Shown: positions 18,971 to 28,784 of the stretch, piece by piece
How the letters are laid out: the number at the start of each line of letters is the position of its first letter
Numbering within the stretch: the stretch's first letter is position 1
Assembly (NCBI GenBank): GCA_964372915.1
Contig: CAYJRN010000007.1
Span: 1 to 57,876, forward strand
Origin: an uncultured Planctomycetales bacterium
GTDB taxonomy: Bacteria; Omnitrophota; Gorgyraeia; Zapsychrales; JAHFFX01
Length of the DNA stretch: 57,876 nt
Reading direction: 5' to 3'
Notes under the pieces: model-generated
Told to the model about the DNA's origin: nothing
Databases searched by the model: none
What the model saw: the letters and a program-made list of their open reading frames with translations, nothing else
Program-made: the position numbers and the translations under genes

Positions 18971-19130
18971 CCAGAGTTTCACCGGCTGGCCGATGCCTGC
19001 CCGCCAATCCGTCTAAATTGGCAGGCGGGGAGGGGAACGATCACCATCTAATGAGTAAGCCAATAATTATTAGAATTGCCAATAAAATAGAATATTTATC
19101 AGCTCACTATTTCACATCAAGGATTTTCTG

Positions 19131-19397
19131 ATGCTAAAACGAACAGGATTTTTATTCTTAGGGTTTATTTCTGCAAATGTGTATTTTGTCATTGCGTGTC
19201 TCATGTCAGACTTCTTAATTATTGGCCCAATTAAAAATCTTATTTTATTTCAATTAATCCCCGTTTTGTTGCTTTGTTTGATTTGGAAAAAACTAAGAAT
19301 TTACTTCTACTGGGTCTTAGCAGGAATACTGCTATTTTTCCCGTTTTCCTTTTTTCTGATTATGTGGATAACAGGTGATTATGATGGCTGGATTTGA
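19131..19397 (+). CDS. small hydrophobic membrane protein (about 3 TM)
   Basis: 88-aa ORF, strongly hydrophobic and AT-rich. It ends about 10 nt before the ileS ATG. Confidence 0.4.
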   Translation: MLKRTGFLFLGFISANVYFVIACLMSDFLIIGPIKNLILFQLIPVLLLCLIWKKLRIYFYWVLAGILLFFPFSFFLIMWITGDYDGWI

Positions 19398-19406
19398 TTG
19401 GGAAAC

Positions 19407-22220
19407 ATGAACTACCAAGACACCCTCAATTTACCCAAAACCGATTTCTCCATGAAGGCCAACCTGGCGCTTCAAGAGCCCGAGCTCTTGAAGCGCTGGG
19501 AAGAGGAGAAGCTGTATACGGCCATCCGACAGAAATCCAAGGGCAAGAAACCTTTCATTCTCCACGACGGGCCGCCCTACGCCAACGGCCACATCCACAT
19601 CGGGCATGCCCTTAATAAAATCCTTAAAGACATGATTGTGAAGTACAAGACCATGCAGGGCTTTGACAGCGAATACGTTCCCGGATGGGATTGCCACGGA
19701 CTTCCTATTGAGCACAATCTTTTTAAGGAACTTAAAACTGATAAGTCAAAAGTCGATGTCGTGGATTTTCGCGCAAAGGCTCACGAATACGCGATGAAGT
19801 TCGTCGGGATTCAGCGCGAAGAATTCAAACGCCTCGGCGTTTTTGGGGATTGGGAAAATCCATATCTGACCTTAGCGCCGGATTATGAATATTGGATTTT
19901 GAAGTCGTTCGCAACGCTCAGGCAAAAAGGTTATATCTATCACGGGCTTAAACCCGTCAACTGGTGTTACACCTGCGAAACGGCCCTGGCCGAAGCCGAG
20001 GTGGAATACGAAGATCATACTTCGCCGTCGGTGTATGTGAAGTTTAAGGTGAATAACTCTCAAGGGTTTCATTCATCGATGGAAGGGAAGAACGTTTTTC
20101 TGTTGGTTTGGACGACGACTCCTTGGACCCTTTTAGCAAACGTGGCTGTGGCTGTCCACTCGGAATTTGACTACGTTGCGGTTGAAACGAATGGCGAGAT
20201 TCTTCTCATTGAAAAAAGTCTATCGTCAACCGTTTTAGCGAAAACCAAAATTAAGGGAAAAGTTTGGAAAGAGTTTAAAGGAAGAGCCTTAACCTCGTTG
20301 GTTTATCAACATCCTTTTGGATTGAAAGAAAATTGTAAAGTCATAGCCGTTGATTACGTGACCAAAGAGGACGGCACCGGTCTTGTTCATACCGCTCCCG
20401 GTCACGGTCAGGACGATTATCGGGCCGGGGTTGCCAACAATCTCGAAATTCTCATGCCCGTTGATGATCGGGGTATTTACACGGAACTTGCCGGCGAGTA
20501 CAAGGGTTGGCACGTGGCGAAAGCCAACGAGAAAATCATCGAAGACCTCAAGGCCAAGGGAACCTTGTTGCTTTCTGAAAACATCACGCACTCTTATCCC
20601 CATTGCTGGCGCTGCAAGCAACCGATCATTTTCCGCGCGACGGAACAGTGGTTTCTCAAAATCGATCACGAGGATTTACGCGGGAAACTTAAAAGTGTTA
20701 TTGAAAATTCGGTACAATGGATTCCCTCTACCGGCAAGGAAAGGATTTTAGGCATGGTCACGACCCGTCCGGACTGGTGTCTTTCCCGTCAGCGTTTTTG
20801 GGGTGTCCCCATTCCCGCCCTCGTCTGCAAAGGATGTAAAGGCCAACACAAATTATTTCCGGAAGTCATTGAGCATTTTGCCGAAATCGTGAAGACACAA
20901 GGGAGCGACGCCTGGTTCAAGAAAGATTTGAAAGAGCTTCTTCCCAAGGGTTTCGTTTGTCCGGACTGCAAGAAAAATGATTTTGAAAAAACCAAAGACA
21001 TCCTCGATGTGTGGTTTGATTCGGGGGTAAGTCATCAAGCTGTTTTCAAATCTCTTCTCAAGCGGTCCTTGCCGGCGGATATGTATTTGGAAGGTTCCGA
21101 CCAGCACCGCGGTTGGTTTCAGTCTTCCATCATTCCGGCGATGGCGATTGAAGGGCGTCCACCGTACCGGGCCGTGCTCACGCACGGATTTGTCGTCGAC
21201 GGTCAAGGCCGGAAGATGTCGAAGTCGCGGGGGAATGTCATCGCCCCTCAGGATATCATCAAAACCAGCGGCGCGGAAATCGTAAGACTGTGGGTGGCCG
21301 CGAGCAGTTACAACGAGGATATCCGCATTTCAAAAGAGATCCTCGATCGGCTCGTGGATGCGTACCGCAAGATCAGAAACACGTTCCGTTTTATTTTAGG
21401 GAACCTGGATGGGTTCGTTCCCGACGAACACAACGTGGCGTACGAACAAATGTCGGAAATCGACCGCTGGGCGCTTTATCGTTTGAGCCTTGTGCACGAG
21501 GAGGTGACCCGCGGCTATGACGAATATGACTTCGCGAAGGTCTATAAGGCCATTTATCTTTTCTGTAACGAGGATCTCTCCAGCATTTATCTTGACATCT
21601 TAAAAGATCGGCTATATACTTTCTGCGCATTTTCACCGGCAAGACGCTCGGCGCAGACAGTTCTTTACTATCTGGTGGATCATTTGGTGCGCTTCATCGC
21701 TCCCATCTTAAGTTTTACGGCGGAAGAAATTTTCAGCCTGATGCCCAAAGATGTTTCCGCCAAAAAAGTCAAAAGCGCGCATCTACTGGAATGGCCGGTC
21801 GTGGCGGCCGATTGGAAAAATCGACAGCCGGAAAACGACTTGCAGCTTTTACTTAAGTTAAGGCCGCACGTTTTAAAAGCCCTGGAGGAAAAACGCCGGG
21901 CCGGATCCATCGGCAGCGGCCTGGAGGCCAAAGTCGTTTTTCATTCAGCCTCGGAAAGAGATTTAAAGTATTTAACGAAGTATAAGCATTTCTTGCCGAC
22001 GTTTTTGATTGCCTCGCAGGTGGATGTCCGTGAAAAGGATCAAATCGAAAATCCTATCGGCGAAGAATTTTCTAAGACCGAAATCAGCGTAGAGCCGGCG
22101 GAAGGTCAAAAATGCAGCCGGTGCTGGAATTACAGTCCGTTCGTCGGAAAATTTTCAGACCATCCCACATTATGTGATAGGTGTCTAAGCAGCGTAAAGG
22201 AGATCGTGAATGCCAGATAA
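19407..22220 (+). CDS. ileS: isoleucine--tRNA ligase
   Basis: HIGH motif (PYANGHIHIGHA), KMSKS, and a C-terminal zinc finger CSRCWN...CDRC. Confidence 0.95.
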   Translation: MNYQDTLNLPKTDFSMKANLALQEPELLKRWEEEKLYTAIRQKSKGKKPFILHDGPPYANGHIHIGHALNKILKDMIVKYKTMQGFDSEYVPGWDCHGLPIEHNLFKELKTDKSKVDVVDFRAKAHEYAMKFVGIQREEFKRLGVFGDWENPYLTLAPDYEYWILKSFATLRQKGYIYHGLKPVNWCYTCETALAEAEVEYEDHTSPSVYVKFKVNNSQGFHSSMEGKNVFLLVWTTTPWTLLANVAVAVHSEFDYVAVETNGEILLIEKSLSSTVLAKTKIKGKVWKEFKGRALTSLVYQHPFGLKENCKVIAVDYVTKEDGTGLVHTAPGHGQDDYRAGVANNLEILMPVDDRGIYTELAGEYKGWHVAKANEKIIEDLKAKGTLLLSENITHSYPHCWRCKQPIIFRATEQWFLKIDHEDLRGKLKSVIENSVQWIPSTGKERILGMVTTRPDWCLSRQRFWGVPIPALVCKGCKGQHKLFPEVIEHFAEIVKTQGSDAWFKKDLKELLPKGFVCPDCKKNDFEKTKDILDVWFDSGVSHQAVFKSLLKRSLPADMYLEGSDQHRGWFQSSIIPAMAIEGRPPYRAVLTHGFVVDGQGRKMSKSRGNVIAPQDIIKTSGAEIVRLWVAASSYNEDIRISKEILDRLVDAYRKIRNTFRFILGNLDGFVPDEHNVAYEQMSEIDRWALYRLSLVHEEVTRGYDEYDFAKVYKAIYLFCNEDLSSIYLDILKDRLYTFCAFSPARRSAQTVLYYLVDHLVRFIAPILSFTAEEIFSLMPKDVSAKKVKSAHLLEWPVVAADWKNRQPENDLQLLLKLRPHVLKALEEKRRAGSIGSGLEAKVVFHSASERDLKYLTKYKHFLPTFLIASQVDVREKDQIENPIGEEFSKTEISVEPAEGQKCSRCWNYSPFVGKFSDHPTLCDRCLSSVKEIVNAR

Positions 22221-22596
22221 GAAGATGGATAAAAAAACTTCGGAATTCTACCGCAAGCTGCTTTTGAAGATCAAGGAAGAGACCGCGCACGATATCAAAC
22301 AGATGGCCTCGGATAATTCCGCGGACAAGAGAGATTCAACGGGCGATGTCTCTGGGCACGCGCTGCATATGGCCGATGTGGCCAGCGACATGTATGACCG
22401 CGAATTCAGCCTTGGCCTTGCCTCGAATGACCGGGAACTCCTTTATAAAGTGGAAGCAGCCCTTAAGCGCCTTGTCCTGGGAAGCTTTGGCGTTTGCGCG
22501 GAATGTCAAAAGTCCATTCCCATTATGCGCCTCAAGGCCATTCCTTACGCGGAAACTTGCCTGAAATGCCAGAAAAAAATTGAAGCAGGACGATGA
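22210..22596 (+). CDS. DksA/TraR-family C4 zinc-finger protein
   Basis: CAECQKSIPIMRLKAIPYAETCLKCQ. Sits in the common ileS-lspA neighbourhood. Confidence 0.8.
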   Translation: MPDKKMDKKTSEFYRKLLLKIKEETAHDIKQMASDNSADKRDSTGDVSGHALHMADVASDMYDREFSLGLASNDRELLYKVEAALKRLVLGSFGVCAECQKSIPIMRLKAIPYAETCLKCQKKIEAGR

Positions 22597-23093
22597 GAGA
22601 TCACTCTCGATCTCAGTTTGACATCTTTTTATCCCTCAGCACTGTCTGCCTCATTGTTTTAGTCGATCGTCTCGCCAAGATTTTTTTTTCCAACCTGCTT
22701 TCCCTCGGCGAATCATGGCCTGTTATCCGTAATGTCCTGCACATGACGCTCGTTCACAACACCGGCATTGCCTTTGGACTCTTTAAAGACCAAGGAGTGG
22801 TCTTCATCATCATCCCGATCATCGCGGTGATTCTTCTGGTTTTTAACATCTATTATTACCGCGACCACAAGGCCTTAAGCCGCACCTATATCGTTGCTTT
22901 TTCGCTGATTTTAGGCGGAGCCATCGGGAACCTCATCGACCGCATCTATTTCGGGTACGTGGTCGATTTTATTGACTTGCGGGTTTGGCCCGTGTTTAAT
23001 ATTGCCGATAGCGCCATCACGGTTGGTGCCGTCGTCATACTTTTTCAGACCCTCATATATAAATCAGGGAGGGTCAGTACTGACTACCACTAA
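22593..23093 (+). CDS. lspA: lipoprotein signal peptidase II
   Basis: NTGIAFGLF and FNIADSAITVG motifs, with 4 TM segments. Confidence 0.9.
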   Translation: MRDHSRSQFDIFLSLSTVCLIVLVDRLAKIFFSNLLSLGESWPVIRNVLHMTLVHNTGIAFGLFKDQGVVFIIIPIIAVILLVFNIYYYRDHKALSRTYIVAFSLILGGAIGNLIDRIYFGYVVDFIDLRVWPVFNIADSAITVGAVVILFQTLIYKSGRVSTDYH

Positions 23094-23117
23094 AATTTAT
23101 TGGAAGAAGTCAGTAAA

Positions 23118-23852
23118 ATGCATCCCATTATCTGTAAAATAGGACCGCTCAGCGTGTACTCCTACGGGCTGATGCTTGCCTTGGCGGTTCTTCTTTGCGC
23201 GTTCTTTTTAAGGAAAGAGGCAAAAGAGCGTGGCTATGATCCCGATCCCATTCTGGATTTGGTATTTTGGACCGTGATGGCCGGGATCATAGGCGCGCGC
23301 CTTTTTTACGTTGCCCTCAATCTCGGTTACTTTATTGAAAATCCTCTAGAAATCATCAGGCTGCAGCGCGGCGGCTTGGCTTTCCATGGAGGACTTGCGC
23401 TGGGCGCCCTTACGGCCTGGATCTTTCTCAAGAAACACAAAATGCCCGTCGCCCAGACGCTCGATATGGTCGTGCCGTACGTGGCCTTGGGGCATTCCAT
23501 CGGCCGTATCGGGTGTTTCTTAAACGGCTGTTGTTATGGGAAAGAAGTGCCCTGGGGTATTTATTTCCCCGTGCATCAGGCCCGGCTTCATCCGACCCAA
23601 TTGTACGAATCCCTCGGACTGCTTATTATCTTTTTTGTCTTAAAACGATTTCAAAGAGTGGCAAAAAGACCCGGAGAGGCGACGATTCTTTATCTTTTGC
23701 TTGCCTCCGCTTTAAGATTTTTTAATGAATTTTTTCGTGCGGATCATACGGAAATTTGGTGGACTTTAAGTATTTTTCAAATCGTGAGCCTCGCCGTTTT
23801 CTTCACAGCCCTTTATGCAGACGTACAACTTAAAAGTCGCTCCCGACAATAA
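23118..23852 (+). CDS. lgt: prolipoprotein diacylglyceryl transferase
   Basis: GLAFHGGL and GRIGCFLNGCCYG motifs. The track offers an alternative TTG start at 23100. Confidence 0.9.
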   Translation: MHPIICKIGPLSVYSYGLMLALAVLLCAFFLRKEAKERGYDPDPILDLVFWTVMAGIIGARLFYVALNLGYFIENPLEIIRLQRGGLAFHGGLALGALTAWIFLKKHKMPVAQTLDMVVPYVALGHSIGRIGCFLNGCCYGKEVPWGIYFPVHQARLHPTQLYESLGLLIIFFVLKRFQRVAKRPGEATILYLLLASALRFFNEFFRADHTEIWWTLSIFQIVSLAVFFTALYADVQLKSRSRQ

Positions 23853-24774
23853 TCAGCAGCGGCTGGACGTGTTTCTCACCCAAAGTCTTCCGGACATCTC
23901 TTCGCGCAATTTTGCGCAGGGGTTGATCGAGGCCGGAGAGGTTTCCGTGAACGGCAAGCCGGCGGTCAAATCCAATTACAAAGTTGCCGCGGGAGACGAG
24001 ATCACCGCGCGAGTCTCCGATGAGGAAATCGGCTGGGAAGACATTGCCCCGGAAAACATTCCCCTTGATATTCTGTATGAAGATGATTCCCTCATGGTGC
24101 TCAACAAACCCGCGGGGATGATGGTTCATCCGGCGAGCGGGTGCTATTCGGGGACGCTCGTTAATGCCGTTCTTTATCATTGCCAGAAACTTTCGGATGT
24201 CAATACGTCCCGCTTCGGCCGTTGGCCTCATCGAGGCCGAGCCATGCGTCCCGGCATTGTGCATCGGTTGGACCGCGAGACCTCCGGGTTGATCGTGGTC
24301 GCCAAGAACAATAAGACACACACGAATCTTGCCGCGCAGTTTGAGAAACGTAAAGTTAAGAAACAGTACGTTGCGCTGGTGGAGGGGCTCATTGAATTTG
24401 ATGAAGGGTTGATCAATGCTTCGTTAGGGCGTCATCCTCGCCACCGCGACAAAAAGGCGGTCGTCTTAGACACTGAAGCCGCGGCCAAGAGTGCCAAGAC
24501 TTTTTATTTCGTCCATAAACGATTCAAAAACGTAACGCTGGTGACTCTTTATCCCATGACCGGCCGCACTCATCAACTGCGCGTGCATATGGCATATCTG
24601 GGACACCCGATTCTGGGGGATGATAAGTACGGCAAAAAAGCGACGTTTCCTCGCCTGGCCCTCCATGCCCAGGCGTTGGGTTTTTATCATCCCGTCAGTC
24701 ACAAATTTTTGGAATTTTCCACGACCCCGCCCAAAGAATTTCTTCAGTATCACGACCAGCCCGCTTCTTACTGA
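23815..24774 (+). CDS. rluD: RluA-family 23S rRNA pseudouridine synthase (RluD-like)
   Basis: N-terminal S4 domain, catalytic GIVHRLDRETSGL, and HQLRVHMAYLGHPILGDDKYG. Confidence 0.85.
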   Translation: MQTYNLKVAPDNNQQRLDVFLTQSLPDISSRNFAQGLIEAGEVSVNGKPAVKSNYKVAAGDEITARVSDEEIGWEDIAPENIPLDILYEDDSLMVLNKPAGMMVHPASGCYSGTLVNAVLYHCQKLSDVNTSRFGRWPHRGRAMRPGIVHRLDRETSGLIVVAKNNKTHTNLAAQFEKRKVKKQYVALVEGLIEFDEGLINASLGRHPRHRDKKAVVLDTEAAAKSAKTFYFVHKRFKNVTLVTLYPMTGRTHQLRVHMAYLGHPILGDDKYGKKATFPRLALHAQALGFYHPVSHKFLEFSTTPPKEFLQYHDQPASY

Positions 24775-25035
24775 CCTTTTCCTTTCCAAAGACATTAAGG
24801 AAGGTCAGTATCTCGATGATTGTTCTCTTAAGAAAACCCTGTTTAGAGGAACAATCGTCAATAAGCGAGGCGCGTAAAGAAGGCGAGCCAGGCGGGCTGG
24901 AAAATTATAAAAAATAACCTTTACTTGATTTCGTTTTGTTTTATAATAATATTCAATTAGCATCACTTGCGATTATGTTTGTATCTGTCATTTCAACAAA
25001 GACAAAAGACCTTACATAAAAAGGAGATACATCTC

Positions 25036-26073
25036 ATGAACGAACGAGGAAAAACTCTGACGATCTTCTTGGTTTTGATTTCGGTCCTACTACTGTCTCT
25101 GACCGTGATCGCGATGTTTTTTTTCCAGAAGGAGAGCGAGATGAGGAAGCTCACCGAGACTAAACTGGAACAAAGCCAAGCCAGTGAAGCTAAGCTTCAA
25201 GGGGACTTAAAGGAAGCCAAGAAAAGGGTTTTTCTGCTCGAAGAAAAGGCTAAGGAGGCCGAAGAGAAGATCAGCGACCTGCAAAGCGACCTTGAACTGG
25301 CACAAGGGGTCCGCGATCAAATTAAACAAGAGAATGCGACTCTCAGGGAAGCGTTGGAAAGTGAAACGCAGTCCAAGGAACAGCTCCGCTCTCAGATGGA
25401 TAAAGAATTGACAGAAGCAAAGCAAAAAGTTTCCGAGATTGAAACGCAGCTTGAATCTGAGAAAAAAGAGTATACCGCCTTGGAGGATCAAATAAAGGTA
25501 TTGAAAGGCGCCGCACCCGCAGTCTGGTCGGCTCCAGCCGCCCCTGCCCAAGAACCTCAACTTCAACCTCAACTTCAACCTGAACTTCAACCTGCACCTC
25601 AGCCTCAACCTCAAAGTATCAGTGTCCCTCCGGACACCGCTAGTCCTGCGGCTGCGGTAGAGAATCCTGTTACCCCTGTCACTCCTGTCGAGTCAGCAGG
25701 CCCGTCCCCTTCGGGGACGACGGCGGAAAGCCCGTCGTCAACTCCTGAAGAGATGAAGCCCTCGCCGCAAGGGCCACCACAGGCCAAAGCAGAAAACGGT
25801 ATTCAGCTCGGGACCATTGTGGTCACGCCAGACAAGAACAGCCGGGAAGGAAAAATTTTAAGCGTTGATCAGGAGAATGATTTTCTCATCTTTGATTTAG
25901 GAGAGAAGAACGGCATCTCTGAGGGTACGGTGATGTCGATTTACCGAGGAAAAGATTATCTGGGCGATGTCAAGGTTTCTAACGTCCAGCCTGATATGGC
26001 CGCTGCCGATTTCATCCCGCCTTTTTCCAGCCAGAAAGTCCGCAAGAGCGATCAGATCGTCATTAAAAAATGA
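25036..26073 (+). CDS. membrane-anchored coiled-coil protein with a Pro/Gln-rich linker
   Basis: AAGGAG RBS at 25021. The protein has a TM helix, about 150 aa of heptad-like E/K/Q-rich sequence, a PQLQPQLQPELQPAPQPQPQ linker, and a C-terminal small beta-rich domain. Confidence 0.6.
   Translation: MNERGKTLTIFLVLISVLLLSLTVIAMFFFQKESEMRKLTETKLEQSQASEAKLQGDLKEAKKRVFLLEEKAKEAEEKISDLQSDLELAQGVRDQIKQENATLREALESETQSKEQLRSQMDKELTEAKQKVSEIETQLESEKKEYTALEDQIKVLKGAAPAVWSAPAAPAQEPQLQPQLQPELQPAPQPQPQSISVPPDTASPAAAVENPVTPVTPVESAGPSPSGTTAESPSSTPEEMKPSPQGPPQAKAENGIQLGTIVVTPDKNSREGKILSVDQENDFLIFDLGEKNGISEGTVMSIYRGKDYLGDVKVSNVQPDMAAADFIPPFSSQKVRKSDQIVIKK
25555..25614 (+). repeat. 5 x 12-nt imperfect tandem repeat (cctcaacttcaa) encoding (PQLQ)n
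   Basis: Read directly: cctcaacttcaa cctcaacttcaa cctgaacttcaa cctgcacctcag cctcaacctcaa. Confidence 0.85.
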
Positions 26074-27356
26074 ATGTTTCAATCAAGCCGGCTCAATTTC
26101 TAAGGGGAAAAATTCATCTTCCACCTTCGAAATCTTATTCTATTCGAGCCTTCATCATTGCCGCCTGCGGAGGTCTTTCTCACATTTTCCATCCTTCGGA
26201 CTGCGACGACGTTAAAGTCGCGATGCGCGTCGCACGGGCTTTGGGATCGAGCATCAAGTCCATTGGGGAAAATGCCTTTGAGGTCCGCGCTCTGAGTCGT
26301 CCGTTAAAACTTTTGCGCATCAATGTGGGGGAATCCGGGACAGTTTTAAGATTCCTGCTGCCGTTACTGTCTTTGGCGGGTCAAAAGGCGCTCATCGTGG
26401 GAGAAGGGACTTTACGGGGACGACCCAACACCCCTCTGGTCGATGCTTTAAGAACAATGGGTGTGGATATTGAAGGCCGCGGTCCGAACCACAGTGTTCC
26501 CATTAGAATCAAAGGCGGCCGCTTGCTCCCGGGGCGTATCGAAATTGACGGCTCTTTAAGCTCGCAGTTCATTTCTGCGCTTTTGATTGCTTGTCCTCGA
26601 TTGCCCGCAGACACACAACTGATGATCAAAGGAAAGAAAGTTGTTTCCCGAACCTATATCACGATGACCGAGCAAATTTTAAAAGAATGCGGCGTTAAGA
26701 TCCGTCATCGAGGGAAGAATCAGTTCTTCATTCCCGGCCGGCAAGTCTTTAGCGGCTTAAAGAATTATGATGTCCCCAGCGATTACGGCTTGGCGGCGTT
26801 TTTTATGGCCGCGGCAGCCGTTTTGCCCGCCCAGCTTACTCTCCAAGGGAACCTGAGCGGTGAGTTCGTTCAATCGGATGGTCAAATCTTGGGATTCCTT
26901 AAGAAAATGGGTGTCGGCTGGACAAAAACCGATTCGTTTATCAAAATTTCGGGGCCATTTGCTTTGCGGGGTGGAGACTTCTCTTTAAGGAACTGTCCGG
27001 ATTTAGTTCCGATTATGGCGGTTTTGGCTCTCTTTGCCGACGGGAGAACGCGGCTTTTGGACATTGCTCATGCACGGACCAAGGAATCCGATCGGATCAG
27101 TGATTTGAAAACGGAATTGATCAAAATTGGCGCTAAGCTTCAAGAAAGCGAAAATGGACTCACGATTATTCCGCAAAGCTTTTACAAAGGAGGGCGCGCG
27201 CTCAACCCTCATCACGACCATCGTCTGGCCATGGCCTTTTCTATTTTAGGGCTAAAAGTCGGTGTCAGAGTTAAAGATATAGAATGTACCAGCAAGTCTT
27301 ATCCAGATTTTCTCCGCGACCTTAAAAAACTGCATACAGGCGTTTCCGCGTACTAA
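26070..27356 (+). CDS. aroA: 3-phosphoshikimate 1-carboxyvinyltransferase
   Basis: LPPSKSYSIRAFI, GESGTVLRFLLP, RTKESDRI. Confidence 0.9.
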   Translation: MNVSIKPAQFLRGKIHLPPSKSYSIRAFIIAACGGLSHIFHPSDCDDVKVAMRVARALGSSIKSIGENAFEVRALSRPLKLLRINVGESGTVLRFLLPLLSLAGQKALIVGEGTLRGRPNTPLVDALRTMGVDIEGRGPNHSVPIRIKGGRLLPGRIEIDGSLSSQFISALLIACPRLPADTQLMIKGKKVVSRTYITMTEQILKECGVKIRHRGKNQFFIPGRQVFSGLKNYDVPSDYGLAAFFMAAAAVLPAQLTLQGNLSGEFVQSDGQILGFLKKMGVGWTKTDSFIKISGPFALRGGDFSLRNCPDLVPIMAVLALFADGRTRLLDIAHARTKESDRISDLKTELIKIGAKLQESENGLTIIPQSFYKGGRALNPHHDHRLAMAFSILGLKVGVRVKDIECTSKSYPDFLRDLKKLHTGVSAY

Positions 27357-27363
27357 AAATTGT

Positions 27364-27392
27364 TTGACAGTCCATTTCTTTTCATATATCAT
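27364..27392 (+). promoter_or_regulatory. sigma70-like promoter upstream of mreB
   Basis: TTGACA-17 nt-TATCAT, about 220 nt upstream of the mreB ATG. Confidence 0.4.
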
Positions 27393-27609
27393 AGGCACCT
27401 ATCTTATTGACCTTCCCGCTATTCGCCGTATATGGAAGTCAATATTACCTTTTCTCTCCTTGAGACTTGAGAAAAGCTTACGGTTTCAAGGAAGAAAAGG
27501 TTAATAATCCGTTTCCTGGTAATTTTTTATCTCCAGCATCACTGATGATAAAACTGTCGTGGCAGGCCTGTAACTAACCCTATAAAATTTTATCGCCAAA
27601 GGAACCGTT

Positions 27610-28683
27610 ATGTTTCCCAAAATCAACAAAATCTTTAAAAAGTCCATCAACTACATTCTGGGTTTGTTCTCCAATGATATGGGTATTGATTTGGGCACGG
27701 CGACAACGCTTGTGTACATCAAAGGCGAAGGGGTCGTGCTTTGCGAGCCTTCGGTGGTGGCCATTCACAAGGATACCAACCAAGTGATCGCGGTCGGCGA
27801 GGAAGCAAAGAAAATGTTGGGCCGCACGCCGGGAACCATCGTGGCCATCCGACCCATGAAAGACGGCGTTATTTCTGATTTTGAGATCACAGAAGCGATG
27901 CTCAGGTACTTCATCAAAAAGGTGCACAACCGCAAAGTTTTGGTTCGTCCTGCGATGGTCATCGGAATTCCCTCGGGGATCACGGAAGTGGAAAAGCGCG
28001 CGGTGCGTGATTCCGCCGAGCGCGCCGGGGCGCGGTCCGTCGACTTAATCGAACAACCCAAGGCCGCGGCCGTCGGGGTAGGTTTACCGGTGGAAGAAGC
28101 CGCCGGGAATATGATTATCGACGTGGGCGGCGGGACCACGGACTTTGCCGTCATCTCTTTGGGGGATATGGTGTATGCCAAATCCATCCGCATTGCCGGC
28201 GATGAGATGGACAATGCGATTATAGAATATTTGAGAAAGACCTACAATCTTTTGATCGGGGAAAGAACGGCCGAGGAAATCAAGATTAGAATCGGTTCGG
28301 CCTATCCCTTAGAAGAAGAAATGAATATGGACGTCCGCGGCCGTGATCTTATCTCAGGACTTCCCAAAACCGTCACCGTCACCTCCATCGAGATTCGGGA
28401 GGCCCTGCAAGAACCGATCCAGGCTATTGTCGATGCCGCTAAGATGACCTTGGAACACACGCCTCCGGAGCTGGCTTCCGATTTGATTGACCGCGGGATC
28501 GTGATGGCTGGCGGCGGGTCGCTTTTACGCGGGCTTGATCGGCGGCTCGCGGAGGAAACGGGGTTACCGGTTCACATTGCCGATGATCCTCTGACGGCGG
28601 TCGTCCTGGGAACAGGGCAGATGCTCAACATGCCGCCGAAAATCAGACGCAGACTCGTCGTTCCCACTAAACTGGATTTTTAA
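27610..28683 (+). CDS. mreB: rod shape-determining protein MreB
   Basis: [22 protein letters not shown], actin-like fold, 357 aa. Confidence 0.95.
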   Translation: MFPKINKIFKKSINYILGLFSNDMGIDLGTATTLVYIKGEGVVLCEPSVVAIHKDTNQVIAVGEEAKKMLGRTPGTIVAIRPMKDGVISDFEITEAMLRYFIKKVHNRKVLVRPAMVIGIPSGITEVEKRAVRDSAERAGARSVDLIEQPKAAAVGVGLPVEEAAGNMIIDVGGGTTDFAVISLGDMVYAKSIRIAGDEMDNAIIEYLRKTYNLLIGERTAEEIKIRIGSAYPLEEEMNMDVRGRDLISGLPKTVTVTSIEIREALQEPIQAIVDAAKMTLEHTPPELASDLIDRGIVMAGGGSLLRGLDRRLAEETGLPVHIADDPLTAVVLGTGQMLNMPPKIRRRLVVPTKLDF

Positions 28684-28684
28684 T

Positions 28685-28779
28685 GGTTCGACGCGCTTGG
28701 CCTAAAGGCCTTCGCTTGCTCACCACTGCTTGAAGCGTCGAACCACCCTGAGCAAGCGAACGATAGTGAGCGCGTCGAA
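28685..28779 (+). other. nested and mutually exclusive inverted repeats between mreB and mreC
   Basis: ttcgacgcgct (28687-97) pairs with agcgcgtcgaa (28769-79). ggttcgacgc (28685-94) pairs alternatively with gcgtcgaacc (28735-44). ttcgcttgctca (28711-22) pairs with tgagcaagcgaa (28749-60). There is also a ggcc-taaa-ggcc hairpin. Confidence 0.6.
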
Positions 28780-28784
28780 GGGTC

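Noticed and set aside
24190-24250. About 12-aa basic insertion (SRFGRWPHRGRAM) just before the catalytic GIVHRLD motif of RluD
   Set aside because: Loop insertions at this position are plausible lineage variation. I cannot judge its rarity without an alignment.
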